From: a virus
Length of the DNA stretch: 64,000 bases
Direction: 5' to 3' (one strand)
IMG/VR virus record: IMGVR_UViG_3300007735_000795
Coordinates: 34,767 to 98,766 of that record
This document shows, piece after piece, positions 27,473 to 37,127 of the stretch. The first letter of the stretch is position 1. Every line of letters starts with the position of its first letter. The notes below the pieces were generated by a model. It was not told the origin of the DNA. It saw only the letters and a list, made by a program, of their open reading frames with translations, and did not search any database. A program made the position numbers and the translations under genes.

Positions 27473-28233
27473 ACTTTCCATTCTGCTTGATTTTTGTTCC
27501 ATAAATTATTTAAATTGTTTTTTTCTTTAGCTGTATCCATACATTCCCAAAATCCATAATGTTTATAGCTAGTTAACTCATTTTCATTAGCTATTTGTTC
27601 AAGGACATCTGATTCAAATATAGTCTCATCTCCTTTAATATAATTAAATACTTCTGGTTCGCAAACAAAAAATCCACCATTAATCCAAGGACTGTCACTT
27701 CTTCTTTTCTCAATAAAGGATTTAACTAAAATATCATCTTTAATTTCTAACCCACCAAATCTTCCAGCTGGTTGGACAGCTGTTACTGTTATTTTTCTTT
27801 TATATTCTTTATGATGATGAACTAATTTATTAATATCAATATCTGCTACTCCATCTCCATATGTTAATAAAAAAGTATCATTTATATGTGGTTGGATTCG
27901 TTTTATTCTCCCTCCAGTCATTGATTCTAAACCAGTGTCTATTAATGATACTTTCCAAGGCTCATTAATTTGATTATGAATTTGAATATCATTAGTAGTA
28001 TAATCAATAGTGACATCTAGATCATATTTAAATCTATTTAGGAAATATTCTTTAATAACATATCCTTTATATCCTAAACATATAATAAAATCATTAAATC
28101 CATAATATGAATATGTTTTCATGATATGCCAAAGTATAGGTTTACCCCCAATTTCTACCATTGGTTTAGGGATTAAATCTGTATATTCAGCTAATCTAGT
28201 TCCATAACCTCCCGCTAATATTACAACTTTCAT
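27466..28233 (-). CDS. rfbF: glucose-1-phosphate cytidylyltransferase
   Basis: LAGGYGTR, PKPMVEIG, MTGGRIKR, TYGDG, GFWECMDT, AEWKVW end. Confidence 0.93.
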   Translation of the reverse strand: MKVVILAGGYGTRLAEYTDLIPKPMVEIGGKPILWHIMKTYSYYGFNDFIICLGYKGYVIKEYFLNRFKYDLDVTIDYTTNDIQIHNQINEPWKVSLIDTGLESMTGGRIKRIQPHINDTFLLTYGDGVADIDINKLVHHHKEYKRKITVTAVQPAGRFGGLEIKDDILVKSFIEKRRSDSPWINGGFFVCEPEVFNYIKGDETIFESDVLEQIANENELTSYKHYGFWECMDTAKEKNNLNNLWNKNQAEWKVW

Positions 28234-28259
28234 TATATTAAATTATTAAACTTAAATGT

Positions 28260-28883
28260 TTATAATGTACTATAAAAATTATTTTGTTTTTCTTGTCTTT
28301 CTATTGTTTTAGGGTGATATAAAGATAAACTTTCATAAGCTGGTATTTGGGCCATTACTTTATAACCTTCTATCACTTCATGTACTTTATTCTTCCATTT
28401 AATTTCAGGAGTATTTTTATAAATTCTCCATTGATAATCAGGAAAGTTTACCCATCCATTCTCATTTACATTCCATCCCCATTTTTGTATATGTTCTTGG
28501 GTTAAACCTTCTACGGTGTTTACTCTTGGAACAACAAACGCTTCTACAGTTGGGTTATCTCTAATAAATTCAGGTAACGATTCAATCAAATATTCATTGG
28601 GAACTTCATCTGCATCAATTTGGAAAATATAATCACCAGAACACATATCCGTTAGTTGATTTTTCCAATCAGCAAAATGTCCTTGAAATGCACTTTCTTT
28701 TAAAGTAATCCAATCATTTGATGACCACCAATAGAGTATATCTAATAATGATTGAGACGCTTTTGGCTTATCCAGTAAAACACAAATTTCATCTTCAGGA
28801 CGTTTACGTTTATGAAGAAATGGAACTAAACGTTTTATCTCTTCTAATTCATTACAAACTGTAATAGCGTAACTGATTTTCAT
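28260..28883 (-). CDS. glycosyltransferase family 2
   Basis: ISYAITVCNE, FQIDADE, KVHE. Confidence 0.88.
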   Translation of the reverse strand: MKISYAITVCNELEEIKRLVPFLHKRKRPEDEICVLLDKPKASQSLLDILYWWSSNDWITLKESAFQGHFADWKNQLTDMCSGDYIFQIDADEVPNEYLIESLPEFIRDNPTVEAFVVPRVNTVEGLTQEHIQKWGWNVNENGWVNFPDYQWRIYKNTPEIKWKNKVHEVIEGYKVMAQIPAYESLSLYHPKTIERQEKQNNFYSTL

Positions 28884-28902
28884 ATAACTGTAATATAATA
28901 AA

Positions 28903-29361
28903 TTATCCTAATAGGCCAACGTATTCTAAAGCATCTATAAATTCTCTTTCTTCAAAATGCTGGAGTGTATCCATGTTCATTCTGTATTCATAGAATTTAC
29001 CTGGCTGTTTTGGAATTGGGTATTTTTCTTTTTCCTCTTCGGTTACTTTGGTTGCTTTAACAGCTGACCATTTCCATTCATTAGGATTAGTACCATTTGC
29101 AAATACCATACCTTGAGTTGGATGGTTAATAGTTTGCGGTAACCAAGTTAAACCAGTGTTTGGGTCTTCCCAGGCTAATGCTTTGTATAATTCAGGAAGT
29201 ACTTCCATTTGTTCATTATAGAATTCACTATCTTTAGTCATTAAACTGTTAGTCCAAAAACCACAGGATAAAGACATCCAACTTGTAATATCAGCTGTTA
29301 CTTGTGTTTCGTAGCATAAGTCACCACCTGATTTGGGGCATGTTACAATTTTATCATTCAT
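28903..29361 (-). CDS. hypothetical protein
   Basis: 152 aa ORF with N-terminal Cys residues. Confidence 0.75.
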   Translation of the reverse strand: MNDKIVTCPKSGGDLCYETQVTADITSWMSLSCGFWTNSLMTKDSEFYNEQMEVLPELYKALAWEDPNTGLTWLPQTINHPTQGMVFANGTNPNEWKWSAVKATKVTEEEKEKYPIPKQPGKFYEYRMNMDTLQHFEEREFIDALEYVGLLG

Positions 29362-29367
29362 AATCTT

Positions 29368-29910
29368 TTATTTTTTTCTTATTACAAATTCATTTGATCT
29401 TTTTTCTATATCAAATGTATTTTTATCTACAAACTTATCAACTATTTTAGTAAAAACCTTCATTCTTAAATTTCCATAACTATCATTAGAATATGCTTTA
29501 AAATATAGTATAGGGTATTGATTTTTTTCTATATAAGGCAATATTTCATCTTTAGATATTTTAGAAACAGTATCTAGATAATTTTTTCCTTTTAATTCTT
29601 TTTGTTTACTAAATCCATTATCTTTTTCAGGAAAGTAAAAATCTAAGATCCAATAATGGTTTTTATCTAATCCACCTTTTTTTAATGTTACAACAAAATA
29701 AGGATCATCTTCATATTTTACTTTAAACATCATTTCACCATTATCCCTTACAATTTTTTCATAATCATAACTTAACTCCGGGTTTAAAAATTCTGTAAGT
29801 AAGGTATTAGCAGAAGAATAATATTCTTGTAGTCCTTTATTTTTTAATAGTTTTATATCTTCATGGTATAAAATCTCAATAAGTTTCCATTCATTAAATT
29901 GATTACCCAT
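29368..29910 (-). CDS. hypothetical protein (similar in pattern to 59671..60201)
   Basis: KLIEIL..LLTE leader; low GC. Confidence 0.7.
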   Translation of the reverse strand: MGNQFNEWKLIEILYHEDIKLLKNKGLQEYYSSANTLLTEFLNPELSYDYEKIVRDNGEMMFKVKYEDDPYFVVTLKKGGLDKNHYWILDFYFPEKDNGFSKQKELKGKNYLDTVSKISKDEILPYIEKNQYPILYFKAYSNDSYGNLRMKVFTKIVDKFVDKNTFDIEKRSNEFVIRKK

Positions 29911-31213
29911 TTAATTCTACTTTTTGTAATTTAGGTAATTCAATTTTCTTTAGTTGGGGGAGTTTTAGTTGAACTTGTTTTGGAAATTCTGGGATGTATT
30001 GGGTAAGAATACTGTCTAGTTTTTCTTTCATTTTATCCCAACTAAATTCGTTTTTACTTTTGTATGCTTGACGTTTTGCTCCATCAGTATACTCTTTATA
30101 ATTTTCAAATATGTTTTTCATATGATGACCAGCATGTCCTGTATCAACTGAAAACCATTGTGATTCTTTTAATAACCAATTATTAGCAGCACTTGGATGA
30201 ACATTTGTCATAGTACCAGGAAGCATAGTAACAAATTTTTCATCTAAAAAGTCTTTATGACCACTCCAGTTAGTAGTAATAATTGGTTTTTTAACTAAAC
30301 TGAATTCTAGTAATGGACGTCCAAACCCTTCACCTTTAGTTAAGTTAATCATTGTTTTTACTTTAGGATGATTATATAATTCATTTATTTCTGAATCTGT
30401 AAATTCACCATGAAGTAAATAAACATTAGGAAGGTCTTTTGAATTGACAGTCTTTCTAATCATTTTAATTTTCTTTAGAATTTCGTCTCTGTCAACATAT
30501 GAAGAACCTACTTGGGATGTTTTTAAAATAAGTGCAGGTTTGTTCTTTTTATTTTTAAATGTTTCAAAGAATGCTTTTACAAGTAAACCTGTATTTTTTC
30601 TATCCTCACCTAAATCACCATTAATCCAGTGTCCTAAAAACAAGAAACAGAATTGTTCTGGAATTGAGTCTAGGTTAATGTTTTTGATTTGGTCTTTTTC
30701 TATTACTTTATAAATGTCTGTATTTGCACCTTCAAATAATACTTCAATAGGTTTTTCAATTTTAGCTTCTCCTATCTGTTGATTTGTACGTTGGTCTATT
30801 TTTTGAAATACAGTATCAAGGAATGTTTTCTTTGAATGTTCAGAAGAAGTTAATGTTAAATTCATTCTATTAATTCCTTCAATCCAGTCACCCGGAGACA
30901 AAGTTGATTCAATTCCTGCTGTTACTCCAATATTATATTTACCAACAGGCTGGAATTCACTTGGAATTGTAATTTGCATCCAAATTTCGGGTTGTTTTGG
31001 AAGTTGAGGATGTTCCCAAATATGGCTATTCAAAAATGACCATTCAGGATTGTCTTCAATAAAACCCCAAGGTGTATTACCCCACATTTGAGGAAGAATT
31101 TTAACATCATATTTGTCTGTCTCAATGATTGCTTTAACTAGGTCTCGAGAACGTGCTCCGTATCCACTGTATGTGTCAATTGGGCAACTAATAAAAAATA
31201 ACGGTTTACTCAT
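29903..31213 (-). CDS. glycosyltransferase GT-B (GT4-like)
   Basis: SGYG, RKN, KGEGFGRPLLE, WSGH.DF. Confidence 0.88.
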   Translation of the reverse strand: MSKPLFFISCPIDTYSGYGARSRDLVKAIIETDKYDVKILPQMWGNTPWGFIEDNPEWSFLNSHIWEHPQLPKQPEIWMQITIPSEFQPVGKYNIGVTAGIESTLSPGDWIEGINRMNLTLTSSEHSKKTFLDTVFQKIDQRTNQQIGEAKIEKPIEVLFEGANTDIYKVIEKDQIKNINLDSIPEQFCFLFLGHWINGDLGEDRKNTGLLVKAFFETFKNKKNKPALILKTSQVGSSYVDRDEILKKIKMIRKTVNSKDLPNVYLLHGEFTDSEINELYNHPKVKTMINLTKGEGFGRPLLEFSLVKKPIITTNWSGHKDFLDEKFVTMLPGTMTNVHPSAANNWLLKESQWFSVDTGHAGHHMKNIFENYKEYTDGAKRQAYKSKNEFSWDKMKEKLDSILTQYIPEFPKQVQLKLPQLKKIELPKLQKVELNG

Positions 31214-31214
31214 T

Positions 31215-32651
31215 TTAGTATACTATTTGGTGTTTGATTGTTCTAAGTTCTGCTTTAGTAGCATTTATAAGTTCATATTTTTCTCTTGGTTTCCAAGTTT
31301 TAAATAAATTGTCTAATGTATTAATAACATTTTCTCCCATTTTTTCACTTGTAAAACCAGCTTCTTCTGATAAAGCCCATTCACGTCCTTTCAAACCACG
31401 AGCTTTTCTTTCTTCTTTAGACAAATCATAAACTGCTTTAATTTGAGCAGCCGCGTCTTCAGCATTGCATCTGTCATCCCAAATGTAAGGTGTTAGTGGT
31501 GAACCTTGAATTGAGCGGTTTGTTGGGTAAACTGGAAATGCCCATTCACCATGTTCTTTAACTTTACCAGTATGGTTAGAAGGGAATTTATCATCAAAAT
31601 CAATCCATTTACCTTTTATACTGAAACGCATTTGGTCTTGCATTCCACCAGTAACGTTAGCAATAATTGGATTACCACATAGGATTGCTTCAGTTAAACT
31701 TAGTCCCCATCCTTCATTGTTTGTTAATAAAATCTGACAATCAGTACTGTTATAAAGCAAATTCATTTTGTCAGGTGGAAGCATATGTTGAGAGAAAATA
31801 ATATTATATTTTTCATCTTCACCAAATAATAATTCTCTTACTGCTTCTAAGTCAGTTCCATGTTCGTCTATTACTTGAGTATGGAGAACAAAGGCACAAC
31901 GTTTTGCTTTTTCTTCAGGTAAACCATCAATGAAAATTTTATATGCAAGTAAAGCATCTGGAATTTGTTTTCTACGAATGTTTCTTGAATTAAAGAATAA
32001 AGCAAAATCATATTCTTTGTTTCCAAACAATTGCTTTTTAAATTCTACCAATTCAGGTGATTTAGTGTCCATAGGTTTAAAAATATCATGATTCAAACCA
32101 TGAGGAACATATTGTAGTATTTTATTTTTTGCTTTATCACCTAACACTAATTTATTAATGTTTAGTGTTTGTTTAGAAATTGCTAATAAAGCATCACAAG
32201 ACTCATAATAAGGCTTATTATACATTGGAGCTGGATAGTCATCCCAAATGTTAAGGTAAATAATTGGAATGTTTTTTCTAATTTCATTCTCAATTTGGAA
32301 TAACCAAATAAAATATCTCGGGTCTGTAATCAAAAAGATGGCATCTGGTTTTTCCATTTTGATTAAATGTCTAACTAATCTAGCATCTCCGTATCCATTA
32401 GTTGGATACAAAATAACTGAAGAATCAGTTAAACCAGTATTAGTGTTAGTATCTGGAGATAGATCTAATCGTTTACCTTGTTCAGGATGATTAATGGCTC
32501 CTCCAATGTTTACCCAATTAAAATGTTGGGCTGTGTTTAATACTAATTCTCGAGCAACTGTAGCTATACCTGAATGTACTCTAATGTCATCGCAGATAAG
32601 TAAGATTTTTTTACGCTCATTTTGAGGCAAATACGCAAAACTTGAATTCAT
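31215..32651 (-). CDS. glycosyltransferase GT-B (GT4-like)
   Basis: HSG.A, VPHG, RN.RRK, NEGWGLSLTEA, TGG..DQ. Confidence 0.88.
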   Translation of the reverse strand: MNSSFAYLPQNERKKILLICDDIRVHSGIATVARELVLNTAQHFNWVNIGGAINHPEQGKRLDLSPDTNTNTGLTDSSVILYPTNGYGDARLVRHLIKMEKPDAIFLITDPRYFIWLFQIENEIRKNIPIIYLNIWDDYPAPMYNKPYYESCDALLAISKQTLNINKLVLGDKAKNKILQYVPHGLNHDIFKPMDTKSPELVEFKKQLFGNKEYDFALFFNSRNIRRKQIPDALLAYKIFIDGLPEEKAKRCAFVLHTQVIDEHGTDLEAVRELLFGEDEKYNIIFSQHMLPPDKMNLLYNSTDCQILLTNNEGWGLSLTEAILCGNPIIANVTGGMQDQMRFSIKGKWIDFDDKFPSNHTGKVKEHGEWAFPVYPTNRSIQGSPLTPYIWDDRCNAEDAAAQIKAVYDLSKEERKARGLKGREWALSEEAGFTSEKMGENVINTLDNLFKTWKPREKYELINATKAELRTIKHQIVY

Positions 32652-32658
32652 AGATTTT

Positions 32659-32844
32659 TTATAATTCTAAATTATTATGATTGTGAATTGATTTTCTAAA
32701 ATCTTCGTCTGTAAGATATAAATGAATTGTGCGGTCAACAAGTTTTTGTAAAGAAAATTTTCTTTTAACACACTCTAGTTTAAAATCTTCAAATAAATTG
32801 CTTTGAATCTTGACGCTTGTTAATGTCATATCCTTTTTATCCAT
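32659..32844 (-). CDS. ribbon-helix-helix DNA-binding protein
   Basis: LTSVKI strand followed by two helices; class-2 motif at 32858-32866. Confidence 0.6.
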   Translation of the reverse strand: MDKKDMTLTSVKIQSNLFEDFKLECVKRKFSLQKLVDRTIHLYLTDEDFRKSIHNHNNLEL

Positions 32845-32877
32845 AACTTGATTTGTATATAAATATATACGAGATTA

Positions 32878-33807
32878 TTACTTTTTACAAAGGTCTTTCC
32901 TTTCATTAAAAGGACACCATTGACAGTTTTTATTAGGGTTTATAGGGTGGGTTACAGGTTTGTGCGTACCATCCAAATTAAAACATTCGTTTAAAAAATT
33001 ATCTATAGCATTTATTGCTTTATTCATTTTAATTTTTCCACTTGGTGGAATGTATTCTTGAATGCGACTTTGAGGGTATTCACTTTCTTCCCATATTTTT
33101 CTTTTTAGTATGATAAATTCTACTTCTATATTGTCTTCAGGAACATCATACAGTTTACTGAAGTATTTTTTATAAAACAACAATTGGAATTGTTTACGTT
33201 CATCTTTTTTTGCATCATCATTCCAACCACGAGTTGATGTTTTAAAATCGTAAATTTTGTATACATTATTAGGTTCATGGTATAGTACCATATCAATATA
33301 ACCTTTGTATAATATATTTGTAAATGTATTATTTACAGGTACAACTATAGGCAATTCACAGTCTATTAAATGCCAACCACGTTTACTGAAGTAACCATTT
33401 CGTTTCTTTTTTAAAAAATTCAAAATTGCTATTCCATCATCAAAAAATTCTCTCATTTCAGTTGCACTACTAAAATGGGTATTTTTATTTGTTTCGTATT
33501 CTTTTAAATATACTTTTCTAAATTCGTCTTCAAAAAATGTTTCTATGTCAAATTTATCAGCTGCAACTCCACTTTCATTATACATTAAAGTGAGATAATG
33601 CTGAATGGCACTATGCATAGCGGTTCCGAACACAGTGTGGATACTAGGTTCATATTGTTGTAAATTGTCTTTGTATTGTAATTCCCATTTATGAGGACAT
33701 TCATAATACGTAGCAAATTGACTATAAGAAATTGTTTTATGGTAAGCATAGTTTACCTCTATTAAAGGTTTATTTTTAATAAGTTTTACAGCAGGATGTA
33801 TTTTCAA
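32878..33807 (-). CDS. PD-(D/E)xK exonuclease, RecB/Cas4-like
   Basis: SYSQ..CP, GYID, DFKTS, QL.FY, CQWCPF..C. Confidence 0.88.
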   Translation of the reverse strand: MKIHPAVKLIKNKPLIEVNYAYHKTISYSQFATYYECPHKWELQYKDNLQQYEPSIHTVFGTAMHSAIQHYLTLMYNESGVAADKFDIETFFEDEFRKVYLKEYETNKNTHFSSATEMREFFDDGIAILNFLKKKRNGYFSKRGWHLIDCELPIVVPVNNTFTNILYKGYIDMVLYHEPNNVYKIYDFKTSTRGWNDDAKKDERKQFQLLFYKKYFSKLYDVPEDNIEVEFIILKRKIWEESEYPQSRIQEYIPPSGKIKMNKAINAIDNFLNECFNLDGTHKPVTHPINPNKNCQWCPFNERKDLCKK

Positions 33808-34061
33808 AACGGAGAATATTTTTTTCTTATAGCACGTCCTAATTCTGTATCATTAGGATACTGTTTTATAAAGTCCTGAATTTCAGGAATGATTGAATTT
33901 TCTTTTTTAATATATTGAGCAGCGTCTAACAATTCTTCATACAAATGATTCATAAAATCATCTTTGCTGTTTTGGTCTAAAGTAGTATTGTATTTTTTTA
34001 TACCACGTTCACTTCTAGACTTTAAATCATTTATAACTGCTTCTGTAACTTTGTCTGTCAT
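33804..34061 (-). CDS. small MazG-like / all-alpha NTP pyrophosphatase-like protein
   Basis: GIKKY.TTL...EELLDAAQY (EExxD). Confidence 0.5.
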   Translation of the reverse strand: MTDKVTEAVINDLKSRSERGIKKYNTTLDQNSKDDFMNHLYEELLDAAQYIKKENSIIPEIQDFIKQYPNDTELGRAIRKKYSPF

Positions 34062-34062
34062 T

Positions 34063-34740
34063 TTAATAATTTATATCTTTTATTTTTTCTATTGCTTGTG
34101 GAGGTATATTATTTAATGTGTAATATCCTTGTTTATAATTAGGATCAGTATACAATTTTAAATAATCTCCAGGAACCATATCTGTCCCTATTTTTAATAT
34201 TGTCCAGTTTTTTATTCCTGTTTTTTGATAAAACATTTCTCCTAAATTTTCTATATCTTCTAAATCTTTAGATAAATAAACTCTATCAGGATGATATGAT
34301 GCTTTTGATCTTGATTTAGGTACTAATCCTGTATTTAATATTTTATTGGCGTTTTGAGTTGGAGTAATATGATATAAAATAGAAGGAATATTTTCAACTA
34401 TTTCTTCATCAAATTTAGCTTCAAATCTTAATTTAATTTCACCTTCTTTAAAATATTTTTCATCCCATTTACCAGTATACTCTTTAGTTTCCATAAATGA
34501 AGGAAACCATCCTAAAGTATTAGCATCTTTAATAATACCATTTAATAAAGTATTAATGTTTGTACTAAATGTTTTAATATAAAATGAATTTTTACTTTTA
34601 GTGAATATAAATTTTGATGAATATTTCTTTTCTAAAATGTTTAATGTTTTCCCAATATTAGTTGTTTTAATTAAACCCTCTTGAAGATTCAATTCATATT
34701 CTTCTTTATATACTTCTAATAGTATATTTAATAACTTCAT
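34063..34740 (-). CDS. ADP-ribosyltransferase-fold (Tpt1/KptA-like) protein
   Basis: LYHIT...KIL..GLVP...RVYLS...NIPP; MKLLNILLE leader. Confidence 0.65.
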   Translation of the reverse strand: MKLLNILLEVYKEEYELNLQEGLIKTTNIGKTLNILEKKYSSKFIFTKSKNSFYIKTFSTNINTLLNGIIKDANTLGWFPSFMETKEYTGKWDEKYFKEGEIKLRFEAKFDEEIVENIPSILYHITPTQNANKILNTGLVPKSRSKASYHPDRVYLSKDLEDIENLGEMFYQKTGIKNWTILKIGTDMVPGDYLKLYTDPNYKQGYYTLNNIPPQAIEKIKDINY

Positions 34741-35147
34741 TTCAATAACTTTTTAATTTCTTTATCATCAACACCCCTTTTCTTTAAAATGTTCTTAATA
34801 GTATCTGTGTGGTGAGCATGATAATATTCTTGTGCTTCACGCAGTGAACATTCATAGTGGTCTGCTAAATGTTTTAACAACACATCATGAGTTTTTGGTT
34901 TAGATGATTTAATGTATTTTAGAAACATATTTTTCTTTGGTATCATATATAAATATAATTTATATATTTTTTCCTTTTCAGTGTAAGGAATTGTTTGAAT
35001 CAGATTTACAAATTCAATATAATCTGGGTTCATACTGAGGAAACGATGCACCATATAAGGGTTAAATGATGCTTTGTCCTCCTCAGTAAATGAATCCCAA
35101 GATTGTTTTTCGTAAGTAATCTGTTTAAGCCAATCAAAGATTTGCAT
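34737..35147 (-). CDS. clamp loader small subunit (T4 gp62-like)
   Basis: FNPYMVHRFLS, PKK..F.KY, YECSLREA; near clamp-loader ATPase. Confidence 0.7.
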   Translation of the reverse strand: MQIFDWLKQITYEKQSWDSFTEEDKASFNPYMVHRFLSMNPDYIEFVNLIQTIPYTEKEKIYKLYLYMIPKKNMFLKYIKSSKPKTHDVLLKHLADHYECSLREAQEYYHAHHTDTIKNILKKRGVDDKEIKKLLK

Positions 35148-35376
35148 ACTCGTCCCTAATGTCTTTAGGAAGCAATTCAGTTAATACTTTACCTGTTTTC
35201 ACATCATAAAAACAAGGAATAGGAATAATTGCATCCTCAGCTGTTCCAGCTACGAATTTAGAAATTTTTCTAATAATTACTCCTTCAGCAAAGATGTGAT
35301 TACCATCAGTAGATGTTAATGGTGTTGATGATTTAATGTCAACGTTAATGTTGAGTGGTTTTTCGGTTTTATTCAT
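35134..35376 (-). CDS. hypothetical protein
   Basis: 80 aa ORF between the loader subunits. Confidence 0.7.
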   Translation of the reverse strand: MNKTEKPLNINVDIKSSTPLTSTDGNHIFAEGVIIRKISKFVAGTAEDAIIPIPCFYDVKTGKVLTELLPKDIRDEYANL

Positions 35377-35377
35377 T

Positions 35378-36298
35378 TTATTGTATAATTTTTAAAATTG
35401 CACATATTAAAGCCATAACTGAGATCTCTTTATCAATTCTGAAATTGGCATGATACATATAGTTTTCTATTTCAATAATAATCAATGCTTTAGACAAATC
35501 ATTTTTACCATACTCGTCTAAAGTATCATATAAGAATCTATAAACTTCTTCAAAATCATCCAAATTACTATCAGCAAGTATTTGTCTAATGTTTTTAAAA
35601 CTATTTTTAGATGGTGATTTAAGTTCTTTTAGAATAGCATCTTTATAACTACTTGATGTTAAAATTGAATTATCAACTGTTAATTTATTATCAACTGTGT
35701 TTACCTGACAGGTATTAAGTATTTTTCTAATATCAGGGTAATGTTTGTTAACTATTGAAGCCAAATCAGATACTTCATAATAAATATTTTCTTGGTCTAA
35801 AATAGTAGAAACATGTTGTGCTAATTCTTTTTTAGATGGAGGAGTAATTTTTAATACTTGACAACGTGATTGAAGCGGATCAATAATGCGTTCAAGGTAA
35901 TTACAAGTTAATATGAATCGAGTGGTACGAGAATATGTCTCAATAATGTTTCGAAGTGATGCTTGTGCTTGAATTGTTAAAAAATCAGCTTCATCTAAAA
36001 TAATAACTTTAATAGACTTGAATGTTGCTGAGGAAGCAAATCCTTGTACTTTGTCTCGAATTGTATCGATGCCTCTTTCATCTGAAGCATTAATGTAAAG
36101 GTAATCACAGTTTATGTTATTAACAATTAGTTTTGCTAATGTAGTTTTACCTGTACCAGGTGTACCATAAAATAACAAATTTTGAATGTCATTGCTTTTT
36201 ATGTATTGGTGAATGATTTGTTTTAGTTGATCATTACCAACATATTCATTTAATGCTTTAGAACGATACTTTTCTACAAATAAACTATTTTCTTTCAT
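35378..36298 (-). CDS. clamp loader AAA+ subunit (RFC/gp44-like)
   Basis: VEKYR, GTPGTGKTT, INASDERG, DEAD, SRC. Confidence 0.95.
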   Translation of the reverse strand: MKENSLFVEKYRSKALNEYVGNDQLKQIIHQYIKSNDIQNLLFYGTPGTGKTTLAKLIVNNINCDYLYINASDERGIDTIRDKVQGFASSATFKSIKVIILDEADFLTIQAQASLRNIIETYSRTTRFILTCNYLERIIDPLQSRCQVLKITPPSKKELAQHVSTILDQENIYYEVSDLASIVNKHYPDIRKILNTCQVNTVDNKLTVDNSILTSSSYKDAILKELKSPSKNSFKNIRQILADSNLDDFEEVYRFLYDTLDEYGKNDLSKALIIIEIENYMYHANFRIDKEISVMALICAILKIIQ

Positions 36299-36302
36299 AA
36301 CT

Positions 36303-36337
36303 GTAATATAATAAAAAAGGCTTGCATTTGCAAGCCT
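36303..36337 (-). terminator. intrinsic terminator overlapping class-1 promoter
   Basis: AGGCTTGC-AAAT-GCAAGCCT-T-run, then TATATTAC. Confidence 0.85.
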
Positions 36338-36351
36338 AATTTGAAATATGT

Positions 36352-36834
36352 TTAAAAATAATCATCCTGATCTTTCTGGGTTGGGTCTGTATTGTGACCA
36401 AACTCATCATAATCATAGTCATCCTCTTCATCACTATCATTATCTTCTCTACCAAACAATACCTTTAATTCATCTAATACTTCATCTACAATATTTTTTA
36501 AATCAGGATTATCAGAAGCTATTTGCTCTAGTTGAGGCATTACCTCTTCATCAAAAGTATCTTCTGGGTAGTCTATAAGTTTATTTATTGTGTCATCTAT
36601 TTCTTTAAGAGCAGATGCTAGTTCTTTTACTGTTCCTACTTTAGGAGGTGTTTTAAGTTTGTTTAAATATAATGCTACTTTTACTCTGTCGGCAGGATCA
36701 TAAACATTATTAGCATCCTGAGTGTTTATGTATAATTTTAAAATATGTTGGTATGGATTGTCAGCTAATTGTTTAAATTGGCTTTCAGTAATCAAACCAG
36801 CCAATTTTTGCATTTTAAGGAACTCTTTATTCAT
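36352..36834 (-). CDS. hypothetical protein with MQKLAGLITE leader and acidic tail (putative packaged protein)
   Basis: Own class-2-like motif (36853-36861) and terminator. Confidence 0.7.
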   Translation of the reverse strand: MNKEFLKMQKLAGLITESQFKQLADNPYQHILKLYINTQDANNVYDPADRVKVALYLNKLKTPPKVGTVKELASALKEIDDTINKLIDYPEDTFDEEVMPQLEQIASDNPDLKNIVDEVLDELKVLFGREDNDSDEEDDYDYDEFGHNTDPTQKDQDDYF

Positions 36835-36872
36835 TATATTAGTATGTTTTATTATACATATTACTACTCTTA

Positions 36873-37127
36873 CTAATAGTCTCCGTACAAATTAAATTTC
36901 TTAGGTGGAGGTGCCTGTACTTCAACTGTTTTTTCTACTAATGAATACAATTCACCTTTTCTAGGGGACAATTTAAAGTCACAAACGTTTTGTACTTTTT
37001 GATAATATGCTTCTAAAGTGTCAGTTAATGAATTGTAAACAGTATCATCATTCAACAGTGACCACCTGTCACCAGGTGGTACACGTTGAGCGATTAGTTC
37101 TTCTATTAGTTTAATTTCAGTTGACAT
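36873..37127 (-). CDS. hypothetical protein
   Basis: 84 aa, coupled to groEL. Confidence 0.7.
   Translation of the reverse strand: MSTEIKLIEELIAQRVPPGDRWSLLNDDTVYNSLTDTLEAYYQKVQNVCDFKLSPRKGELYSLVEKTVEVQAPPPKKFNLYGDY

Noticed and set aside
32878-33807. cas4 of a CRISPR-Cas system
   Set aside because: No array or other cas genes; context is replication/recombination
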